Below are positions 18,215-25,147 of a stretch of DNA of 41,910 bases, piece after piece. The stretch comes from an uncultured Thermococci archaeon (GTDB lineage: Archaea; CAYQAE01; CAYVLA01). Every line of letters begins with the position of its first letter. The first letter of the stretch is position 1. Both the position numbers and the translations under genes were made by a program. Under the pieces are notes generated by a model. It did not search any database and had not been told where the DNA came from. It worked only from the letters and a program-made list of their open reading frames with translations. The stretch lies in contig CAZJVP010000045.1 of assembly GCA_964549615.1 (NCBI GenBank), forward strand, positions 1 to 41,910. The letters are read 5' to 3'.

Positions 18215-19723
18215 CTACTTGGCGGCTTTGCGGGCGTTCCATTCTTCGATTGGAACCCCGAGCTTGCTCTCAACCTCGGCCCTGTGGATGGTGTTGTAGC
18301 TGCAGAAGGGTACGATCCTCCCGTCAGGAATCGCGTAGTGGATGGCGCACCTCTTGACCCGTTGCAGGTCGAAATTGAAGGGATCCATGAAGTGCATCGC
18401 GCCGATCATCATCGTCTTGCTGTGGAACTCCCCCAACGAGGAGTAGGTCCCGGAACCGAGTATGCTTAGCAACAGAGACCTGACCTTGAGCTCGGGCGGC
18501 TTCTTCTCCTCGTCGACGAACCTGCCGAACGACCTTGCGATGTTGAGCAGAACACGAGACTTGGTGAGCCTCCCCGGACGGTCGCGGAGCTTGGCTGAGA
18601 CATCGGCCAAGTATCCGAGGAACCCTTCGACATCCACGAAGCGGGTTATCGGAATCTTGGTTCCGCCCGAAACGAAGACGTAGGTGGCGGCCCCGCACGC
18701 CGGATGGCAGGTGAACTCCACCTGGTGTCTCCGGCTCCAAGCAGACACGAACTCAGAGACCGGCGCCACGAAGGGAACCGGATAGAAGTCAGAAGCGCAT
18801 ATCTCCCCCTGCGTCTGCTCCTCAATCCTTTTCAGCACATCGGGGATGGTTATCCTCTGAGCCGCAAGGTCTTTCAAGTCCGTTCGCCCGGTGAAACTTT
18901 CGGGCTGGATGTTCAGAGCCCGGACCACGCCTATGTGTTTCACGCCGAAGTCGATCATGCCGCCCAGCTGATCATCGTTGACGTTCCTGACAAGGGTCGG
19001 CACCAATACGATGCCAAGATGCGCCCTCTCACAGTTCTCGATCGCCTGTATCTTCTGTGGCAGGGCATTGTAGCCTCGGGCGATGAGGTACGGTCTTTCG
19101 GTGACCCCGTCGAACTGGAGGTACACCGTCGAAAGCCCGGCTGCCTTAAGCCTCGCGGCATAGTCCGGATCCTTTGCGAGCAAAACACCGTTCGTGGCGA
19201 CCTGCACCTGGGGAAATCCGACCTCCTTGGCCATCTTCACGATCTCGGGAAAGTCCTCCCGTATAGTCGGCTCCCCGCCGGAGAACTGAACTGCAGGGCA
19301 TGGGAAGGGCCGGTTGCTTCTGAGGTTGAGCAACATCTGCCTGATCTCCTCGATGCTGGGCTCGAGCACGTGGCCGGACTCGGCAGCGTTGGCGAAACAG
19401 ATCGGGCATCTCAGATTACATCTATTCGTGATGTCTATGTTCGCCAACACCGTTGGGGTCTCATGGCTCGGGCAAAGACCGCAATCATACGGACATCCCC
19501 TCTTCGTCTCGGTCCTGGGATTCTCAAGTCGCGGGCCGGACCGCTCGTAGCGCATGAACTTGTTGTACAGCTCGTCGCTCGACCAATAAACATCCTCGAA
19601 CTGACCGTGGTCCCGGCACGACTTCCGGATAAGCAGCCGGCCGTTTTCCGCAACGACCTGGGCATCTATGACTCTCAGGCATGTCGGGCAAAGGCTCTTT
19701 GTCGGGGTCGTCGGATCACCCGT
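18215..19723 (-). CDS. tes: Tetraether lipid synthase Tes (GDGT macrocyclisation radical SAM enzyme); start codon unresolved
   Basis: The frame stays open 56 codons upstream of ATG 19555, encoding TKSLCPTC...KSCRDHG (rubredoxin-like ligands). Then GCPYDCGLCPSH, CNLRCPIC, QFSGGEPT, YLQFDG, HPACG, MHFMD, RCAIHY, PFCSYN. Confidence 0.88.
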   Translation of the reverse strand, partial: TGDPTTPTKSLCPTCLRVIDAQVVAENGRLLIRKSCRDHGQFEDVYWSSDELYNKFMRYERSGPRLENPRTETKRGCPYDCGLCPSHETPTVLANIDITNRCNLRCPICFANAAESGHVLEPSIEEIRQMLLNLRSNRPFPCPAVQFSGGEPTIREDFPEIVKMAKEVGFPQVQVATNGVLLAKDPDYAARLKAAGLSTVYLQFDGVTERPYLIARGYNALPQKIQAIENCERAHLGIVLVPTLVRNVNDDQLGGMIDFGVKHIGVVRALNIQPESFTGRTDLKDLAAQRITIPDVLKRIEEQTQGEICASDFYPVPFVAPVSEFVSAWSRRHQVEFTCHPACGAATYVFVSGGTKIPITRFVDVEGFLGYLADVSAKLRDRPGRLTKSRVLLNIARSFGRFVDEEKKPPELKVRSLLLSILGSGTYSSLGEFHSKTMMIGAMHFMDPFNFDLQRVKRCAIHYAIPDGRIVPFCSYNTIHRAEVESKLGVPIEEWNARKAAK

Positions 19724-20551
19724 TCAAGCATACGATCTTGGATCTAGCCCCCGAATCAGCCTACCATCCTTGAAAACTCTCACGATTCCGCCGCTCTTGG
19801 ACACCGTTATGCCAACCGAGGAGGTTATCTTGGTCATCCCCGCCACCGCGGCGTGTCTCGCCCCCAGCCCCGGCGGTATGTCCACCTCGCTTGCGTCGAC
19901 ATCGAGGTACCTCCCGGCGCATTCGATGACACCCTTGTCCGAGATCACGAAGGCCCCGTCCAGTAAGGAAAAGCTCTTGATGACCTCCTTTATCGAGGGA
20001 TTCAGGACGTTCCGGCTGGCCCTTGGGTGGCCCTTGAACGGATTCAGGATCATCTGGTGCGAGTTCCTCAGAACCCCCTTGGAATCGCCAACGATGAACG
20101 CCGTCCCAATGGGCAATCCCTCCTTGCCCTCCCTGCCAAGCTCAACGGCGATCCTCAGAACCGTCTCAAGCACCTCCATCCCCACCTCCTTGAGGAACGC
20201 AAGTTCCTCCTTCAGGGACTCCTCCACCGGTATGATGTAGATCGTGTCCAGTGCCGAGAATCTCTTGGACACGCAGACGACCGTGTCCCCGACATTGACC
20301 AGCTTCTTGTCGAGGCACTTCATCACGGCGTACTTCGTGGGGCTGGTTGGAGTGATCTCGGGCACGTAGAGCCGCATCGGCTCGTCGACCATTTCTAGGA
20401 GCGAATGCTTGGACGATGCGATGATGCTCCCGTCAATTCCTCTTTCCATGAGCGTCCGTGTGAGCGGCTCGCTATCAACGAAGTAGACCGTCCTCGTGGC
20501 CCTTACCAGGTTTCCAACTTCCCGAGAAACCTGCAGAAGATCGACGTTCAA
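19724..20551 (-). CDS. dacZ: Archaeal diadenylate cyclase (DisA_N/DAC domain, DacZ type)
   Basis: EGKEGLPIGTAFIVGD, LNPFKG, LDGAF, GLGARHAA, VSKSGG. TTG start. Confidence 0.88.
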   Translation of the reverse strand: MNVDLLQVSREVGNLVRATRTVYFVDSEPLTRTLMERGIDGSIIASSKHSLLEMVDEPMRLYVPEITPTSPTKYAVMKCLDKKLVNVGDTVVCVSKRFSALDTIYIIPVEESLKEELAFLKEVGMEVLETVLRIAVELGREGKEGLPIGTAFIVGDSKGVLRNSHQMILNPFKGHPRASRNVLNPSIKEVIKSFSLLDGAFVISDKGVIECAGRYLDVDASEVDIPPGLGARHAAVAGMTKITSSVGITVSKSGGIVRVFKDGRLIRGLDPRSYA

Positions 20552-20769
20552 GGCGTATCCCAGACGGCCGGCCCTCCAAGACTCACTTCAAAGCTTAAAA
20601 ATGTAGCCCGGGATGGGTGGGCGTGGCCTTGGCCCTATTGCAGAAAAATGGGGCATCCCGAGTGCTCTCTGGCCCGATGCGGCGTAGCCCAGCCTTCTTG
20701 GCCTCCCTCGACGGTACATCTTTGAAAACATTTTTCATGAGCCCGGCGTCGGGCCGCTTCGGTCTAGCC

Positions 20770-20931
20770 ATGGTGACATGTTCCTCCTGCAGGAAGGAGA
20801 TACCCCCTAAGGTCAGGTACGTGATGTTCACCTGTCCGAAATGCAGCCAAGTAACCCTCTATCGCTGCCCCAGGTGCAGGAGAACTAGCAACCGGTACAT
20901 CTGCCCCGGGTGCGGGTTCACCGGGCCCTAG
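20770..20931 (+). CDS. Small Zn-ribbon protein (DUF1610/HVO_2753-like)
   Basis: CSSC, FTCPKC, RCPRCR, YICPGCGFTGP; conserved position upstream of aEF-1beta. Confidence 0.9.
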   Translation: MVTCSSCRKEIPPKVRYVMFTCPKCSQVTLYRCPRCRRTSNRYICPGCGFTGP

Positions 20932-20943
20932 TAGGTCCTCACA

Positions 20944-21216
20944 ATGGCCAAGCTGAATGTGTTCGCCCAACTGAAAGTGCTGCCCAAGGACATAGACGTT
21001 GACCTTAACGATTTGATGAAACGGATAACTGAGGCTCTGCCCGACGACGCGCAGGTCGAGTCCTACCGGGAGGAGGACATCGCATATGGCCTGAAGGCCC
21101 TCATCATCAACGTCCTTCTCGAGGACAAGGCGGGCGGGACGACCGGCGTCGAAGAATCCATCCTCGCCCAAGACGGCGTCGAAACGGTCGAAGTTGTGGG
21201 CGTCACACGACTCTAG
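20944..21216 (+). CDS. ef1b: Elongation factor 1-beta
   Basis: LKVLPKDIDVDL, EDIAYGLKAL, GVETVEV. Confidence 0.95.
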   Translation: MAKLNVFAQLKVLPKDIDVDLNDLMKRITEALPDDAQVESYREEDIAYGLKALIINVLLEDKAGGTTGVEESILAQDGVETVEVVGVTRL

Positions 21217-21221
21217 CCGGC

Positions 21222-21356
21222 CTAGCCCGTCCGGATCTGCTCCAACTTCCTCTTCTTCCTAGCCTCCCTGTAGCACTGTCGACAAAGATCCCTGCCCCTG
21301 GAGCGCTTCACCTGGCCCTTGGACCCGCACTCATCGCAAGTTCCTTCTTTCCACAT
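21222..21356 (-). CDS. Unannotated 44-aa CxxC-CxxC zinc-finger microprotein
   Basis: Hand translation: MWKEGTCDECGSKGQVKRSRGRDLCRQCYREARKKRKLEQIRTG*. GAGGTGA Shine-Dalgarno 4 nt upstream; fills the gap behind idsA. Confidence 0.75.
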   Translation of the reverse strand: MWKEGTCDECGSKGQVKRSRGRDLCRQCYREARKKRKLEQIRTG

Positions 21357-21378
21357 ATGCTCACCTCGAAAGCCGAGG

Positions 21379-22380
21379 CTAGAAATCTCTTCTCACGAGG
21401 AAATCGGTCAGCTCCTCTAGGCGATCCCGGTGTGCGGACTTTGGAAGACAAAGCAGCTTGCTTCTAGCTTCCGAGAGCATCTCCTCAGCCACCCTTCGAG
21501 CGTAATCTATCGACCCGTGCTCCTTCATGAGATCCACCACGTACCGGCAATCCCGGCGCGTCGTAAGCCGCCGGGGCTTGGCCAGGATCGACTTCACCCT
21601 CGCTCTCTCTCCCCTGGACAGCTGCCCAAGCAAGTGAATCACCATCAGGGTCTTCTTCCCCTCGCGGATGTCCCCCCAGATCTCCTTCTTGTACTTGCCG
21701 TACTCGCCAACGAGGTTCAAGACATCGTCGGTGATCTGGAAAGCTGGCCCTATCAGCTTGCCATATTCCGCCATGCGTTGTACGGTGGACTCGTCTGCCC
21801 CTGCAAGGTACGCGCCGCCGGCCGCCGCGGTTGACACCAGTATTCCCGTCTTACGCCATACCATCTCCATATATTCCGCTTCGGTCACGTCCCAGCGATC
21901 GCGGAACTCCATCTCCATGGCCTGGCCCTCGGAGAGCAGAATCATAGCCCGGCATAGCAGTCGAAGGGATCGAAGAGTCATCGCTGCCGAGAATCCCTTC
22001 TCCTCTAGGTTCGCAACGCACTCGTACGCCTTGTTGAGAAGGTTATCTCCGATATTTATCGCACTTGGGACGCCGTAGAGGACCCAGAGGGTTGGCTTTC
22101 CACGCCTAGACCTGTCCCCGTCCTCGATGTCATCGTGTATGAGGCTGAAGTTGTGTACGAGCTCCATCCCAGCCGCGAAGGGCAACACCCTTTCGGCACT
22201 TCCCCCCAGAGCCTCATGCACGAGAATGCAGAGAACTGGGCGCCAACGTTTCCCTCCCTCCTCAATGAAACGCCATTGCGCATCGTAGAGGTTCCGGATG
22301 GGGGAGTCTTTCGGAATCACGCGAGCGATCTCTGCGTCTATCATCGCTCTATGGCTTTCCAGGAAATCCGAAAACATCAT
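21379..22380 (-). CDS. idsA: Polyprenyl (geranylgeranyl) diphosphate synthase
   Basis: GGKRWRP, FSLIHDDIED...RRG (FARM), GQAME, KTG, FQITDDVL (SARM), DIREGKKT. Confidence 0.92.
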   Translation of the reverse strand: MMFSDFLESHRAMIDAEIARVIPKDSPIRNLYDAQWRFIEEGGKRWRPVLCILVHEALGGSAERVLPFAAGMELVHNFSLIHDDIEDGDRSRRGKPTLWVLYGVPSAINIGDNLLNKAYECVANLEEKGFSAAMTLRSLRLLCRAMILLSEGQAMEMEFRDRWDVTEAEYMEMVWRKTGILVSTAAAGGAYLAGADESTVQRMAEYGKLIGPAFQITDDVLNLVGEYGKYKKEIWGDIREGKKTLMVIHLLGQLSRGERARVKSILAKPRRLTTRRDCRYVVDLMKEHGSIDYARRVAEEMLSEARSKLLCLPKSAHRDRLEELTDFLVRRDF

Positions 22381-22390
22381 GGGCCGACAC

Positions 22391-22903
22391 CTAGTACCAG
22401 ACGCTCTTCATCCCAAGTAGATATGCCGCAACATTGGTCCCCAGATGGATTGCGGGAGTCAACAGCAGGAGGATTGCCACCGTGACGGCCTGGATCGGCA
22501 CCAACGCGGCAGCGAACAAGAGCGCGACGACGAGGAATCCGAGCTGGTCCAACAGGATGGCGGGCTGACCGCGCGGGATGCCCAGCCTCCGTTTGGTGAA
22601 GCTTCCGACGGAATCGCCCACCATCGCTCCGGCGCCCAACGCCAGTCCGAGGAGAAGACCTGCCTTCGCTTCTGCCCTCATTGCTCCCTGGATCAGGCCG
22701 ACGGTGGCCCCAACGGCGATGCCTCCAGCTGTGCCTCTGACCGTGACGCCGTCTCCGAGAATCCTGCGCCCGTCTACGAAATTCCTTCCCCCGTCGACCG
22801 CACGACCCCCGCCCACCACCAAGGCGCCAGCGTTCGCCATGTAAGCCGGCAGGATGAACCAGAGCGCGGAAAATACCTGTGAGAGCGCCGATTCGCCAGA
22901 CAT
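22391..22903 (-). CDS. carS: CDP-archaeol synthase
   Basis: LPAYMAN, DGRRILGDG.T.RG, GDSVGSFTKRRLG..RG, LDQL, HLGTN..AY.LGMK.VW. Confidence 0.92.
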   Translation of the reverse strand: MSGESALSQVFSALWFILPAYMANAGALVVGGGRAVDGGRNFVDGRRILGDGVTVRGTAGGIAVGATVGLIQGAMRAEAKAGLLLGLALGAGAMVGDSVGSFTKRRLGIPRGQPAILLDQLGFLVVALLFAAALVPIQAVTVAILLLLTPAIHLGTNVAAYLLGMKSVWY

Positions 22904-22934
22904 GACAGATTCGGCCTCTAAAAGGCCAAGTGCG

Positions 22935-22982
22935 TTTAGAAAATATATTTAAATTGCTTAAAGGACGCCCATAAAAATTTCT
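22935..22982. promoter_or_regulatory. AT-rich divergent promoter region between carS and rpoK
   Basis: TTTAGAAAATATATTTAAATTGCTTAAA and ATAAAAATTT tracts between divergent start codons. Confidence 0.6.
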
Positions 22983-23004
22983 CTTCCCTCAGTGAGGGTG
23001 CTCT

Positions 23005-23208
23005 TTGACTTACACCAAGTACGAGAAAGCAAGGATCATAGGTGCGAGGGCCCTCCAGATAGCGATGGGGGCGCCGGTCCTCATCGATGTCCCGGAAAAC
23101 ATCTCGGACCCAATCGACGTGGCGCTTCTCGAACTCGAGAGGAAGGCCATGCCGCTGACCGTCATCCGGGAGAAGAGACAAAGGGTTCCGTTTCCAAGGG
23201 GGGTCTAG
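23005..23208 (+). CDS. rpoK: RNA polymerase subunit Rpo6 (K)
   Basis: TKYEKARIIGARALQIAMGAP signature. Confidence 0.96.
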   Translation: MTYTKYEKARIIGARALQIAMGAPVLIDVPENISDPIDVALLELERKAMPLTVIREKRQRVPFPRGV

Positions 23209-23409
23209 TTGGGCCGAGTCAAGCCCACCTACATCAAGAGGACGGGCGACTACATTCTCCAGGCGTACCCCAACCTTGTCTCAACAAACTTCGAGCAGAA
23301 CAAGAGGCTCCTCACCGAGGTGTTCAAGATATCCAAGAACTACAGAAACAGGCTCGCAGGTTACATAACTAGGGGAAGGCGCAGACAGGTGGGCGGCCCG
23401 CAGACCTGA
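23209..23409 (+). CDS. rps17e: 30S ribosomal protein S17e
   Basis: MGRVKPTYIKR, FEQNK, SKNYRNRLAGYIT. TTG start directly after the rpoK stop. Confidence 0.96.
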   Translation: MGRVKPTYIKRTGDYILQAYPNLVSTNFEQNKRLLTEVFKISKNYRNRLAGYITRGRRRQVGGPQT

Positions 23410-23414
23410 TCCGT

Positions 23415-24443
23415 ATGGGAGTACAACTTGCCGACCTTTTTCCCGGCAGGCCGACGAGCTTCGCGGAGCTGTCGGGAAGGAGGATCGCCGTGGATGCGCA
23501 TAACGCGCTGCACCAGTTCCTCGCGATAATCAGACAGCCGGATGGGCAGCCGCTTCGTGACTCAAAGGGCAGGGTCACCTCCGTGTACTCGGGCCTCTTC
23601 TACAGGACGGCCCGGATGATTGCGGAAGGCATCCAACCCGTATACGTCTTCGACGGCCCGCCTCCGCGGTTCAAGAAGCTGATCATACAGCAGAGGGCCG
23701 AGGTTAGGGTACAGGCAAGGATGAGGTGGGAGGAGGCGCTCGCGCAAGGCGACGTCAAGAAGGCGAGGAAGTACGCCCAGTCCGCGCTCACCCTCACCCC
23801 GGAGATGGTCACAAACTGCAAGAAGCTTTTGACCCTCATGGGGCTTCCGCATGTGTCGGCCCCCAGCGAAGGAGAAGCCCAGGCCGCAGGCATGGCGGCC
23901 CGCGGGAGCGTCTGGGCCGCCTCAAGCCAGGACTTCGATTCACTGCTCTTCGGATCCCCGCGCCTTGTAAGGAACCTGACGATAAGCGGGCGGCGCAAGG
24001 TGCCGAACAAGGACGTCTACATAGAGATCTCGCCGCTCCTAGTCGAGCTGCCCGAGATCCTCGGCTCACTGGGCATAAACCAGCGGGAGCTAGTCCTGCT
24101 CGGTATACTCGTCGGCACGGACTACAATCAAGGTGGAATCCCAGGGATAGGCCCCAAGCGGGCGATTGCGCTGGTGAGGGGCAAGACGAGGCCCGAGGAG
24201 GTCATGGAATCCCTCACCTGGGATTTCGACGTCGACTACAACGAGATCTTCGACTTCTTCCTCCACCCCCCGTTCTCCGAGGACTACGATCTGGCGTTCG
24301 GCCCCCCTGACCCGGAGGGAATCAGGGACTTGCTGTGCGGCGAGTTCGAGTTCTCAGAGGACAGGGTGAACAAGGCGCTGGCCCAGATGAAAGGAAGCCC
24401 GAAGGGTAGACAAACCGACCTCACGGCATGGACCCGATCCTAG
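23415..24443 (+). CDS. fen: Flap endonuclease 1
   Basis: MGV, AVDA.N.L.QFL, VFDG, APSEGEAQ, SQDFDSLLFG, GTDYN, C-terminal PIP-like QTDLTAW. Confidence 0.96.
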   Translation: MGVQLADLFPGRPTSFAELSGRRIAVDAHNALHQFLAIIRQPDGQPLRDSKGRVTSVYSGLFYRTARMIAEGIQPVYVFDGPPPRFKKLIIQQRAEVRVQARMRWEEALAQGDVKKARKYAQSALTLTPEMVTNCKKLLTLMGLPHVSAPSEGEAQAAGMAARGSVWAASSQDFDSLLFGSPRLVRNLTISGRRKVPNKDVYIEISPLLVELPEILGSLGINQRELVLLGILVGTDYNQGGIPGIGPKRAIALVRGKTRPEEVMESLTWDFDVDYNEIFDFFLHPPFSEDYDLAFGPPDPEGIRDLLCGEFEFSEDRVNKALAQMKGSPKGRQTDLTAWTRS

Positions 24444-25147
24444 GTTTTGCTATCCAGTTGCGCCACAACGTCCAGGACTTGGCGTATGTCCGTAATGGTG
24501 TATGCGGGTTGAATGCCCGTCACCCGCGGAGAGTCCTCAGGATCCCTAGGTGTCCTTAACCACACCGATGTGAGACCCGCCTTATTCGCCCCCAAGATGT
24601 CGGTTGCAAGCTTATCCCCGACCATGACGGCCTCGCCCGGCAAGGCCTTGATCCGTTCAAGGGCAACCCCGAAGATCCTGGGATCGGACTTGCTGAATCC
24701 AACCCCCTCGTCGGCGGATATGACGACCGTGTCGAAGAAGTCGTCCAATCCCAGACGAATCAGCTTCTCCCACTGCTTGACAGGCAGCCCGTCGGTGATG
24801 ATCCCCAGCTTGTATCCCCGCGTCCGAAGCTCGAGGATCGTCTCAACCGTGTGGGGGTAGGGCCGCATATTGACGAACTTCGTGTGGTGGTAGGCTATCA
24901 CGGCGGCGGCAATCATCCTGTAGTCGGGAGGGCGTTTCAGCTCGTCGATGAAGAACCTGTCGAAATGATTGCCGTAGTTGCTGCCGTACCGCCTCACTAC
25001 GCGCAGCAGGGCCTCGTACGCCTCATCCGCGCTCATTTCCAGCCCCTTGGAGATCATGTGCTCCACGGCCGTCCTGCGGGCCTTGCTGGAGAGGTCGGTG
25101 CTGCTGTACAGGGTATCGTCGATGTCGAAGAAAACGGCCCTAATCAT
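24440..25147 (-). CDS. HAD-superfamily hydrolase (TIGR02253-like)
   Basis: FFDIDDTLY, ITDG...QWEKL, K.DP.IF, MVGDK...DI.GA. ATG 25147 overlaps the polB stop. Confidence 0.9.
   Translation of the reverse strand: MIRAVFFDIDDTLYSSTDLSSKARRTAVEHMISKGLEMSADEAYEALLRVVRRYGSNYGNHFDRFFIDELKRPPDYRMIAAAVIAYHHTKFVNMRPYPHTVETILELRTRGYKLGIITDGLPVKQWEKLIRLGLDDFFDTVVISADEGVGFSKSDPRIFGVALERIKALPGEAVMVGDKLATDILGANKAGLTSVWLRTPRDPEDSPRVTGIQPAYTITDIRQVLDVVAQLDSKT

Noticed and set aside
17274-18242. 322-aa Ser/Leu-rich ORF on the - strand
   Set aside because: Antisense to the DUF460 coiled coil; its composition mirrors Glu/Lys/Arg codons.
19724-19726. In-frame TGA read as selenocysteine
   Set aside because: The position is not a Cys-equivalent site in either protein and I identified no SECIS. 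Other TGA codons in the window act as ordinary stops.
18704-19747. 347-aa ORF on the + strand
   Set aside because: Antisense shadow of tes with no motifs; expected in GC-rich DNA.
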